64,000 nucleotides of DNA from Mustelus asterias (Eukaryota). Positions within the stretch are counted from its first letter, which is position 1, and every line of letters begins with the position of its first letter. Positions 11,460 through 22,350 of this stretch are shown piece by piece. Both the position numbers and the translations under genes were made by a program. The notes under the pieces were generated by a model. The model was not told where the DNA came from and did not search any database. It worked only from the letters and a program-made list of their open reading frames with translations. The DNA lies in NCBI RefSeq assembly GCF_964213995.1, contig NC_135813.1, positions 99,262,001 through 99,326,000 of the forward strand, written 5' to 3'.

Positions 11460-11860
11460 TCGCCAAATGGCCCCCCCTTTTCCATTCCCTGGGGCCCGCC
11501 TCTTCCTCGGTGACCTCTCAGCTCGCAGGGGCCGCGGTGTCACACGGTTTACCGTCCCCCCCTCCTCCCAGTCCCGCTGTCCCCAATGCCGGGCCGGAAC
11601 CTTTGTGCGCGCTCCATGTTTCCCAGCAGCGGAAACTCGCGCCGGGCACTTCATCTCAAGATGGCGCCCTAGCACCGCCGGGTCCGGAGAGGAAAAACAA
11701 ATCGATTTAACTCAAAGCGGGGAGAAAGCAGCCGCTTCGGGGCCGGCTGCGGGAGTGCGGTAAGTCCCGCTGGCGGATTTCACCGCAATACATTCCGCTG
11801 GATGGTTGTCGGAGCCGCACAGGCCCCGCTTCGCCCAGGCGGAGACCTTACATGTCGTGT
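11460..11860. promoter_or_regulatory. CpG island / bidirectional promoter shared by SRRD (-) and TFIP11 (+)
   Basis: The only CpG-dense patch between the two divergent genes; ETS-like CCGGAA at 11594-11599; YY1-type CAAGATGGCG at 11657-11666. Confidence 0.8.
11650..11759 (+). other. TFIP11: TFIP11 non-coding first exon (5' end approximate)
   Basis: YY1/initiator-like motif followed by a strong GCG|GTAAGT donor at 11760; the next TFIP11 exon has an acceptor 6 nt before its ATG. Confidence 0.7.
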
Positions 11861-11913
11861 GCTGATGGCCACCCCTGTAAATGGCCTGAGCGTCTCATGG
11901 TTAGCAGTGAGCA

Positions 11914-12250
11914 CGGTAAGAAGTCTCACAACACCAGGTGAGGAAGGAACAGCGCTCCAAAAGCTCGTGATTCCAAATAAACCTGTTGGGACTTTAACCT
12001 GGTGTTGTGAGACTTCTTACTGAATGTCTTACGGTTAGGAGAGAGGCCGTTATGTCCAATATCTACTAATGTAATGACATAACCTTGGAGACCCTCATGA
12101 GCTGAACCTGATATCATCGTTCTTTCTTTCAAATATGCTATCTCCAATCTTGTTGATCTCACCTGATGAAGGAGCAGCGCTCCAAAAGCTCGTGATTACA
12201 AATAAACCTGTTGGAATTTAACCTGGTGTTGTGAGACATCTTTCTGTGTC
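11914..12250. mobile_element. Penelope-derived short elements (inverted pLTR-like hairpin 11914-12022; second copy ~12159-12250)
   Basis: 26-bp inverted arms at 11914-11939 and 11997-12022; CTGATGAAGGAGCAGCGCTCC(A)AAAGCTCGTGA motif. Confidence 0.7.
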
Positions 12251-12499
12251 CAAACTTGTTGAAAGCAGGATGAAATTTGGTGGGACAGGGCTAGTTAGAA
12301 ATCTTTAACCACTTGCCACTTGACAAGTGAACCTATAAGGAACCGTCATAACAAATTGCACTTACTTAATAGAATCTCTGACTCCAAGATGGCACAGGCA
12401 CGTGGTGACTTCTTGCGAACTGTGCCCAGCATACTCTCTAATTTTGTCTTTTAATATCGTCCTATGGTTTTAAAACTACTCTAACTCTTTCAAGCTCTG

Positions 12500-12805
12500 T
12501 AACAATGCTTCAATTCAACATCTTATCCCATGCACCCCGGACATTCTCTCTTCCTTCTTCAGTCAGGAAAAGGATATAAAAGTCTGACATCGTGAACCAA
12601 CCGACTCAAGAATAGCTTCTTCCCTGCTGCCATTAGACTTTTGAATGGACCTACCTTATATTAAGTTTTTCTTTCTCTACACCCCAGCTATGACTGTAAT
12701 ACCACATTTTGTACTCTCCTTTCCTTTTATATATGGTATGCTTTGTCTGTATAGCGCACAAGAAACAATACTTTTCACTGTATACTAATACATGTGATAA
12801 ATCAA
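12500..12805 (+). mobile_element. Rex1/Babar-like LINE 3' end
   Basis: HPGHSLFLLQSGKGYKSL...NRLKNSFFPAAIRLLN and 3' stem TTTTCACTGTA...TACATGTGA. Confidence 0.75.
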
Positions 12806-13147
12806 ATTTAAAAAATGTGGGGTAAAATGCTATACCATGCACCCTTACTCTTTTGTAGGTTGGGTGTTTTGCCTTTCTCTCTAGGTTACTTGTAACTTTA
12901 GGTCCAAACCCTGCACTCTTGTTTAAAAACCTAACTGTCCGTGTATCCCTTTGTTCTTTTCCCTTGGCGTTTCCAACAAAGGGATTAAAAGAAATAGCTG
13001 GGAGTAGACTGTATTTCAATTTATTTCTGAACATAGACTGGCAATAGTACTGTTTGCAACTCGTAGCCAAGAAATTCCTTTTATTGTGACATCTGTGATT
13101 AAAAAGAATCAGCAAATGTTTTTGTTCATTATTGTCACAAGTATGCT

Positions 13148-13380
13148 GTGAAGTTTGCACATTCTCCCCGTGTCTGCGTGGGTTTCCTCCAGGTGCTCTG
13201 GTTTCCTCCCACAGTCCAAAGATGTGCGGGTTAGGGGGATTGTCCATGCTAAATTGCCCCTTAGTGTCAGCGGGACTAGCAGGGTAAATGCATGGGGTTA
13301 TGGGGATAGGGCCTGCGTCGTATTGTGGTCGGTGCAGGCTTGATAGGCCGAATGGCCTCCTGCACTGTAGGATTCTATGA
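13148..13380 (+). mobile_element. 5'-truncated HE1-type V-SINE
   Basis: V-core plus CR1-like tail. Confidence 0.8.
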
Positions 13381-14486
13381 AATAGGCTTACATTAATACA
13401 GCAATTAAGTAACAGTGAAAATCCCCTGATAATAAATATCAGGAAATGGAAGACATCAGGTTGATTGGCATTTTAAATGGAAAGAATAACGAGATTTCGA
13501 TTGAAACTCTTTATCAGCTAATTACAGTAAACGTTTGATGAGTCAAATTACAGGGTTCAGCCCTAAAATTCAAGTTAAACAGAACTTGTGATAGCTGCAG
13601 ATCTCACATGGTGCCACATGTCATCCTTGGAAAAAAGCTGGGGGTTTAGCCTTGGAAAAGGATTGGATTTAGCATTGGAAGAAGTCTGTTATTGTTTGTT
13701 GCTTCGTGTGCTGTTTTCAGACTTGTGCAGTACAATCTGCGATGTCATCAATGCAACCCAGCAGGTCTTAAATGTTTCGGTGCGGCAGTCCGAAATCCCA
13801 GAGTATCTGTAAGACCTTTGCTGTGTTCTCCTGGGAAATAGGTGGGTGAGCAAGTGGGCGTTTAACTTTCCTACAGGTTTTGCCACATTCACATGCTTGC
13901 ATGTCACTTCAGAGAGAAATTTTGATGTGAAATGAAGGCTTGTCCAGCATTTCATATTTGAACGTGCTTGGTCTAAACACTCCATTCTGGTCAGTCCGGC
14001 ATATTGGGGGAAGCATCCCTTTTGTAATTTGATTTGGAATTATTTTCCTTGCTGGAAAAATTTCAGCTAAACCAGTTCAACTACTGGAATTTTGGCTAAT
14101 CACAGGCATCGTTCAGTGGCTGTTGCTAATCTTCCAGTGGGAATGGTGGATAACATTGACACAAGTGGAATTTTGTCTCGTGAGTTTGGCACATCAAGAT
14201 TTCACTGTATTAATACATCTCTGTGCCTCAGATGCTCAGTGACCAGCATTGCATTTCTAGCAATTTTTGTTTTCATTCAGAATCCAATCACTTGTGATGT
14301 ACTTTATTTATTTTACGAAATATTGGGCCTCAATTTTTACTGATCAAAAATGATCAGTCTTGGGATTTAAATATTGCAGCAAAAGGGATATTTGAGCGGA
14401 AGTTGATAGATTTGGTTCTTGTAACGAAATGCTGTTAACACCATGTTTATTGTCTCCTTGTTGGTTTTATTATCTGGCAGGTAAAA

Positions 14487-14686
14487 ATGTCGATGTCACA
14501 TCTGTACGGGAAAGACCAGGATGACGATGAGGTGGAAATGGAGCGCTTTGAGATTTCAGATTGGGACTTGGAAAACGAGTTCAACCCAGACCGCGTGCGC
14601 CACCGACAGACAAAGGAGGATGCGATCTATGGCATGTGGGCTGAGAATGACTCTGATGATGAGAGGCCAAGCTTTGGGGGGAAACG
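14487..14686 (+). CDS. TFIP11: Tuftelin-interacting protein 11 (Ntr1/Spp382 spliceosome disassembly factor), coding exon 1
   Basis: MSMSHLYG...[16 protein letters not shown]...[25 protein letters not shown] = TIP_N domain; acceptor ends 14480, donor starts 14687. Confidence 0.97.
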
Positions 14687-14759
14687 GTAATCCAGCTCGG
14701 TGCTTTCACTAACTGTGAACATTTATTTATCAACAAATCATGACTTTTAAAATATGTAT

Positions 14760-15700
14760 GCATTCATGTGATGTTGGTTAGATCAGCATTTATTGCCCAT
14801 CCTTAATTGCCCTTGAGAAGGTGATGGTGAGCCAACCTTCTTGAACTGCTGCAGTCAATGTATTGTAGGAACACCCACAGTGCTGTTTGAGAGGGAGTTT
14901 GAGGAATTTAACTGAGTGACAGCGAAGGAAAAGTGATAGATTTCCAAGTCAGGATGGTGTGTGGCTTGGAGTGGAACTTGCAGGTGGTGTATCTGCTACC
15001 TTTCTCCTTCTCTTGGTAGTGGCCGCAAGTTCGGAAGGTTCGGTTGAAAGAGCCTTGGTGAGTTGTATCTTGTAGACGATGTACATTGTTGCCACTGTGC
15101 GTTGGTGGCGGATGGGGCATCTATCTAGTGGGCTGCTTTGTCCTGGGTGGTGTCGAGCTTCTTGAGTGTTGTTGGAGCTGCACTCATCCAGGCAAATGGA
15201 GAGTATTCCATCACACTCCTGACTTGTACCTCGTAGATTGTCTTCAAGCTTTAGGAGATCAGGAGGTGAGTTTTTCACCACAGAATTCCTAGCCTCTGTC
15301 CTACATTTGTAGCTACAGTATTTATATATCTGATTCAGATCAGTTTCTGGTCATTGGTAATCCTCAAGACATTTATAGTGGAGGATTCGGCAAAGGTGAT
15401 ATAATTAAATGTCATGGAGAGATGGTTTATTTCTTTCTAATTGAAGATGGTCATTGCCTGCCACTTGTGCGAAAGTTATTTGCCACTTATCAGCCGAATC
15501 CTGAATACAGGTCTTGCTGCATATGGCGTGGATGTATCTGAGGAGTCTCAAAGGGTACTGAATATTATGCAATTGTCAGTGAACGTCTCCACTTCTGACA
15601 GTATAATGAAAGGAAAGACATTGATAAAGCAGATGAAGATGGGTGGACTTGGGACACTACATTTACAAACTCCTGTAACAATGTCCTGGGACTGAGATGA
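14760..15700 (-). mobile_element. CR1-like LINE family 2, 3' fragment
   Basis: Reverse-complement match to the 3' part of 55501-57481. Confidence 0.8.
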
Positions 15701-16216
15701 TTGATTCGAACGAGTGGAGAATTTTCCCATGGCGCAGCAAAGGATTGCTCAATAAACCCAGATCAATGATAAAATCGGGGACTTTCCTGCACTTTATGGC
15801 TTGGTTATTCTCTAAATGAGATGAACCATTAGAGAGTTCTAAAACCCTTGATTTATCAGACAACTTATTTATGCACCTCAACTTTCTTGCCAAATTGCAT
15901 TGATAGACTCAAGATGCAATTGCTCCAGCCTAGGCTTAGACCAGTTAACGTAGCTAGGGCAGAAGTAGGAACATATTTTTCAGTTTCTCGTTTGTTGGAC
16001 TCCCCTATCCATTTCTTGCACTGTTGGATGACGGGTGCTGTCCGGGTGAGATGATTCTGACATCCTTTCATCCTATTTTGTAACCAGTAGCTGTGAGGTA
16101 TTGAAAGACCCTGGCTACCATTTTAAGGATTGGAAGTATTTTGCCACGATCATTGTTGGGACCAAGTCTCACCATTTCTCTTTCTGACCAAAATCAAGAG
16201 TTGGTCGAGTGGAGAA

Positions 16217-16490
16217 GGGGCGGCACGGTAGCACAGTGGTTAGCACTGCTGCCTCACAGTGCCAGGGACCCGGGTTCAATTCCCGGCTTGGGTCACTGTC
16301 TGTGTGGAGTTTGCATGTTCTCCCCGTGTCTGCGTGGGTTTCCTCCGGGTGCTCCGGTTTCCTCCCACATTCTGAAAGACGTGCTGGTTAGGGTGCATTG
16401 ACCCGAACAGACGCCAGAGTGTGGTGACTGGGGGAATTTCACAGTAACTTCATTGCAGTGTTAATGTAAGCCTTACTTGTGACGAATAAC
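16217..16490 (+). mobile_element. V-SINE with alternative tail B
   Basis: HE1 head and core, then ...TTTCACAGTAACTTCATTGCAGTGTTAATGTAAGCC(T)TACTTGTGAC. Confidence 0.85.
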
Positions 16491-17017
16491 GAAATACATT
16501 TAAACTTAAATCTGGGTCCGGGGTTGTGCTCAGTCACTGTGGCATTGATTGTCACCAGACCAGTACAGTTTGTTCGTGGAAGAATTATGTCTGTAGCCTT
16601 TGGTATGAATAGGCAGCCACTGTGTTTGTCACTGGTGAGGCCTGGAAGACTTTGGCAATTCACCTGTGATGGCTCATTGATTTTGGACTATTTAACTCCT
16701 GCTGTAATGGTCAGTATATAGATGTCCATTCACCGGTTAGGATGTGTTCAGTACTGGTCCTCCGCAGCCCAGTTAGATAGATGCAATTGCAGCATAGCTA
16801 ATTATTCAGAAATTCAATTGGGTTTATCTTTTCGGAACATGGCAGCATTTGTGTTCAGATTTCTGTGTGTTTCCTATCTTGATTTTCTTGTGTGCTCGCT
16901 TTCAGATGCTAGTAGCTGTACGTTGGATTTAAAGAACGGCAGTTAGACTTTTGAATGCAGTGTACAATAACTTTTTTGCTGTATCTAAACTTGGCCATAT
17001 CTGCACTGTTTCCATAG

Positions 17018-17177
17018 TTCCAAAGATTACACTGCGCCAGTTAATTTCATCAGTGCTGGAATCCGTCGACCTGCAGCCGAAGAAAATGAGGAAGAGAAGG
17101 ACTCTGATGACTCTGAAGAGGAGAAAACTAAGCGAGAAGATTTTCCAAAAGACTTTGCACCAAAGAAACTGAAAACT
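17018..17177 (+). CDS. TFIP11: TFIP11 coding exon 2 ([14 protein letters not shown]...FAPKKLKT)
   Basis: [12 protein letters not shown] motif; catag| and |gtaagt splice sites. Confidence 0.96.
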
Positions 17178-17505
17178 GTAAGTATTCAGTCAAAGGCCTG
17201 GGCATGTCACTAAGTAGCTGTGATTGGATGTTGATTCATCAAAAGACATAGAGTCATAGAGGTTTACAGCATGGAAACAGGCCCTTCAGCCCAACTTCTC
17301 CATGCCGCCCTATTCTTTTAAACACCTAAGCTAATCCCAATTGCCCACATTTGGCCCATATCCCTCGATACCCATCTTATCCCGTAACTGTCTAAATGCT
17401 TTTTAAAAGACAAAATTGTACCCACCTCTACTACTTCTGGCAGCTTTTTCCAGTCATGATGGCAGTGATGGGTTAGCCAACATCATGCAACTCAAGTCGG
17501 CACAT

Positions 17506-17795
17506 TGGCACGGTGGTTAGCACTGCTGCCTCACAGCGCTAGGGACCTGCGTTTAATTCCGGCCTTGGGACACTGTCTGTGTGGAGTTTACGTGTTCTCC
17601 CCGTGTCTGCGTGGGTTTCATCCGGGTGCCCCGGTTTCCTTCCACACTCCAAAGATGTGCAGGTTAGGTTGATTGGCCATGCTAAATTGCCCCTTAGTGT
17701 CAGGGGGACGAGGAGGGTGGATGTGTGGAGTTGCGGGGATTGGACCTGGGTGGGATTGTTGTCGGTGCAGACTCGATGGGCTGTAGATTCTATGA
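17506..17795 (+). mobile_element. HE1-type V-SINE
   Basis: Head, core and tail. Confidence 0.85.
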
Positions 17796-18661
17796 AGTCA
17801 GGCAGATTGAGCCCTATTTCCAGCAATGGTTTTATGTTATATTTCATATTTGGAGAAAAAAACATTTTTGAACCGTGTATTTTAAGGGCTAAGAAAATCT
17901 CACCTCAAATTTCAATTGAATTTTAAGCAAGTTCTTTGAGATATGTCTGTGGGATTATTTTTCTGCTGCCCTGAACATTCTGTGTAGATATCTGACTTTT
18001 CCAGCTGCCTGGAGTAACCATATTTGGACAAGAATTCTATACCATGTGATGCATTGTGTATTATTGTGTCTTTCTGGTTAGGTTTCACATCTAAATTATT
18101 AACTGTTCAATTTTGACTTTAGTCGGGAGACAGAGTGTTGAGGGTGATTAGTGAACCTGAGCCTTGTTTGCTTTTATTATAAACTCAAAAACAATCATTG
18201 TTTTCAGTGAAAGTCAAAAAGTATATTTAGTCAGGATATGGTAGTATTTAAAGTTGTTTTCCTAAAATCCAATAAATTTGAAGCTTTTGAAACAAAGATT
18301 CACACGAAAACAGTTGTCAGCTATTTGTTTACATCGGGCAAATGGTAACATCATGTGTGCTTTATTTGTTTTTTAGACAATTGGGTAACTGGTATTGTTC
18401 ACTGAAATAGTCATGCATCGCGATTAGCTATTTATCCAGCTGCAGTGGTTGAATAAAACATTAAATACTTACTTTCCAGGCACCAAAAAACTCACTTTCG
18501 CTGGGCAGAATCTTTGTACACTTCTTTCCAGATTCTTTCAGTGGACATATGTATTCTTCCCCTACCTCACGACATCCCCTCCCATGAAGTCAGGTTGCAT
18601 ATTGATCCCCCAGATTTGGTTCAGGGACCTCAGTTTTTACTTATCAATTTTTTTTCCTCAG

Positions 18662-18818
18662 GGTGGCTTTTTCAAATCTAGTTCGAAAGGATTCACCGGA
18701 GGACATCGAACAAACCAGGAAATTGGCACCTGGGAAAAACACACCAAAGGGATTGGACAGAAACTGCTGCAGAAGATGGGTTACGTACCTGGCAGAGGTC
18801 TTGGGAAGAATGCACAAG
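18662..18818 (+). CDS. TFIP11: TFIP11 coding exon 3, G-patch ([30 protein letters not shown])
   Basis: Canonical G-patch sequence; AG/GT splice sites. Confidence 0.97.
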
Positions 18819-19264
18819 GTACAGTTATCAGAAAGTTATTAGTAACTTTAGCGATAATTCTCTGTCTGTAACTAATTTCATAAAATGTATTGCGTTCATT
18901 AGGGAAAGTTGGCAAGAGCTGTGCCCATCCGCTGGGCTGCCACGCAGGTCTCTGGGTGAATGTGCTGTTCTTCTGATGGATACTGATGAGTACTCCAATG
19001 GAATGTGGAACTATTATTATGCTTCCATCCATTTAATTTCCTGAGAAATGATTAAATTCATCCCTGCAGCTGCCGCAATCTCACCCCACCACCCAATCTA
19101 ACTTGGTATTCTTCACAGTGCAACCTAAACAAGTTGCCATCCTGAGCGTGACAGTTCCATAGTTTCATCAGCTCCAAACCATGCAATTTAATCTTTTGCC
19201 CAGTTTGTGGATTTAGGAGTTGTGTAGTCATGTTGTTAGTAATGCTGTTTCTGTTGCTCTGCAG

Positions 19265-19392
19265 GAATTGTGGCACCAATTGAGGCAAAGATGAGGAAGG
19301 GGAAAGGAGCAATTGGAGCTTATGGGTCTGAACGAACAGAACAGTCACTGAAGGATTTTCCCATTGTTGATTCTGATGAAGAAGCAGACGAG
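19265..19392 (+). CDS. TFIP11: TFIP11 coding exon 4 ([24 protein letters not shown]...EEADE)
   Basis: C-terminal half of the G-patch; phase 1 to 0. Confidence 0.96.
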
Positions 19393-19744
19393 GTTTGGAA
19401 TAATATAACTCTTGTCCCGTTATCTGTATGGTTTTTTTTGTATCAAATCCACAATTTTTCCCTTTTTCCGAAGGAGCTGTTCCAGATAGTTCAATTTTGA
19501 TCTTTCTTCCAATCATGCACGTGCGTTTCTGAGTATGGTCAATGGAAAGCAATTTAGTTGAGAGACTCTGAATAATTACTTTCTGCGGTCTCCCCCTCAC
19601 CTGACCCTGGCCCCAGTCTAGAAGTACAAAGGACAAGTATGTGTATCTACATCAACCATGCCTGTAAATCAAACTTCTTTTGGCATTTAATGCTTAGTGT
19701 TGCACTGGTGAATAAAGGGGCAGTTTGTAGTAAGATACCACACA

Positions 19745-20320
19745 GTAATAATAACTTGTATTTACATAGCACTGTCAACATCATAAAACATTGCAAGGTG
19801 CTACACAGGAGTGTTATAATGCAACATTTGACACAAACTACATAAGGATATATATGGGCAGATGAACAAAATCTTAGTCAAAGAGTAAGAATCGTAAAAT
19901 CCCGCCCAAGGCCAACGGAGATTTCCGTTCAGCGAGCCTCGCCCACCCCAGAGGTGGTAAAACTCCAGCCTGAGCATTAGAGGTATAGAGAGGGAATTCC
20001 AGAATTGAGAGCATTGGTAACTGAGGGTACGACGAAAAATAGTGGAGGAACTAACATCAGGGTTGCTCAAGCAGACAGGATTAAGGGATCTTGGAGGTTT
20101 CTGGGATAAGACTAGGGGGCAAGAGCATGAACAGATTTGAAAATAAAGATGAAACTTTTAAAATTGAGTTGCTTAACTGGGAAACAATGTAGTTCAGTGG
20201 GCACATGATTAATAGGGGCACTGGGTAGTGTGAAGTAAGGGCAGCAGAGTGTTGCATGATTTCAAGTTTGCAGAGTGTGAATGTGGAGGCTGGCTAAGAG
20301 TGCATTGGAATAATACTTAG
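19745..20320 (-). mobile_element. Degraded L2-like LINE fragment with a small GC-rich insertion (~19890-19965)
   Basis: Decayed resemblance to the reverse complement of 29340-30100. Confidence 0.5.
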
Positions 20321-20619
20321 AGTTGGACCAACAAGTGACCCATTTCCCAATAAAATAACTTCAGTTAGTTGACTGGGGGAAAATAGTTGAAGTGGTGCCT
20401 CCCTGTAATGCCCATTTCATGTTGTCTGGTTACTAATCGACATTCGTACCTGCTTACAGTAGCCATAGCTTGGATGATTTTCAGAAATGTGAAAAGTGTC
20501 AGTAAAAACCCTAAATAAGAGGATTTGTTTTTACCCTTTTACCTTTCCCATCAAAATTCATGCATCCTTTTTCGAGAAGCATTATGCGCTGCTGTGTGTC
20601 AAGTCTTGTACTGTTTACT

Positions 20620-21170
20620 TGGGGGGGGGGGGGAGCGGGGTTTGGGGTGGGGGGGTGGGGGGGAGCTGGGTTTTGGGGGGGGGAGCGGGGTGCGGGGGGG
20701 AGCAGGGTTTTGGGGCGGGAGCGGGGTTGGGGGGGTGGGAGCGGGGTTGGGGGGAGCGGGAGCGGGGTTGGGGGGAGCGGGAGCGGGGTTGGGGGGAGCG
20801 GGAGCGGGGTTGGGGGGAGCGGGAGCGGGGTTGGGGGGGCGGGAGCGGGGTTGGGGGGCGGGAGCGGGGTTGGGGGGGGCGGGAGCGGGGTTGGGGGGGC
20901 GGGAGCGGGGTTGGGGGGGGGCGGGAGCGGGGTTGGGGGGGGCGGGAGCGGGGTTGGGGGGGGCGGGAGCGGGGTTGGGGGGGGCGGGAGCGGGGTTGGG
21001 GGGGGCGGGAGCGGGGTTGGGGGGGGCGGGAGCGGGGTTGGGGAGGGGCGGGAGCGGGGTTGGGGGGGGCGGGAGCGGGGTTGGGGGGGGGCGGGAGCGG
21101 GGTTGGGGGGGGCGGGAGCGGGGTTGGGGGGGGCGGGGGGGGGAGCGGGGTTGGGGGGGGCAGGGGGGGG
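20620..21170 (+). repeat. G-rich tandem repeat (GGGAGCGGGGTTGGGGGGGC)n, unit ~19-22 nt
   Basis: Directly visible; it generates the spurious Gly- and Pro-rich ORFs. Confidence 0.95.
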
Positions 21171-21613
21171 AACGGTGTTGGGTGGTGGGGAAGCAGGATT
21201 GGGGAGAGTTATCTTTTCTTTCCTTTGCCAAAAGAAAACTTGATTTATTTAGCACTTTTCATGACTTCACTGTGTCCAAAGCTGGTGAAGTGCCTTTGAA
21301 TGGCAGTCGCTGTTGTAATGTCAGAAATACAGTGGGCAGTTTGTGCGCAGCTGAGAGCATTGGCTGGCAGACGGCACCTGGGCTTCTGCCAGTGTCAGGT
21401 TAACATACCCCACCCCTGCAGTTTTAATTGTCTGCCTCATGCACAATGAGCCACTGCTTGGTACCTGGTCCCTAGATGAAATTTGGGGGTTAATCGAGTT
21501 GGGATTCACATGACTGGATCTCTGAAGTGGATGACAGTTGAAGGGATGTTTCCCAGTCTGTCAATAATGAAGGGCGGTCAGTACCCAGTGACTAATTAAC
21601 CCTTTGTGTGCAG

Positions 21614-21772
21614 GATTTTCAGAAGGAGATGAGCCAGTGGCGGAAGGATCCCACAGGTGGAAAGAAGAAACCCAAGTACAGCTTCAAAACTGTGGAGGAA
21701 CTTAAAGCAAAGGGAGCAACGAGTCTGGGCAGGAAAATGGCGACGCCTCAGACAGAACTTTCACAAGTCAAG
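21614..21772 (+). CDS. TFIP11: TFIP11 coding exon 5 ([13 protein letters not shown]...[13 protein letters not shown]...ELSQVK)
   Basis: Conserved TFIP11 sequence; phase 0-0. Confidence 0.96.
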
Positions 21773-22004
21773 GTGCATGGGAAAGGGCTTTCCCCATATC
21801 CGCAAATGTTTAGACATTTCCATATATAATTTTTGATTGGATGTAGACCTGTGAACGTTGGGCACTATTGTTTTGCTCTCTGCTATTCCTTAGCATCATC
21901 TCCACAAACTGAGTATTAGTGTAGCTGACAGGAGTTATAATCAAGGCTGTGGCTACAGCTAACTGGCACTGAGCTGATACTGTGATGTTTGCAAAATGCA
22001 TACG

Positions 22005-22350
22005 AATTTGGAGCAGGAGTAGGCCACTCGACCCCTCAAGTCTGCTCCATCATTCAATAAGATCATGGCTGATCTGCTTGTAACTTCAATCCCACATTCC
22101 TGCCTATTGATACCCTCTTGTCAATCAAGAATCTATCTAGCTCTGCTTTTAAAATATTCAAATCTCTGCTTTCACTGCCTATGAGACAGAGATTTCCAGA
22201 GACTCAAGACCCTCGGAGAAAACAAATTCTCATAATTTCTGTTTTTAAATGAGTAACTCCTTATTTTTAAACAATTGTTCCTTCGTTCTACATTCTCTGA
22301 CAAGAGGAAACCTCCTCTCCACGTTCACCTTATCAATATCCCTCAGGAGC
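22005..22350 (-). mobile_element. CR1 LINE 3' fragment
   Basis: GGAGCAGGAGTAGGCCA tail and similarity to 38045-38480. Confidence 0.7.

Noticed and set aside
12651-13247. 198-aa minus-strand ORF
   Set aside because: A chimera of V-SINE, AT-rich intron and antisense Rex1 tail.
16217-16290. tRNA-like sequences (many copies across the window)
   Set aside because: These are SINE heads that continue into the V-core or SINE body, not tRNA genes.
19058-19636. 192-aa minus-strand ORF
   Set aside because: Antisense shadow across TFIP11 coding exon 4 with no recognisable homology.
20496-21403. Long Gly/Arg/Pro-rich ORFs (218-292 aa) in four frames
   Set aside because: Artefacts of the G-rich tandem repeat inside a TFIP11 intron.
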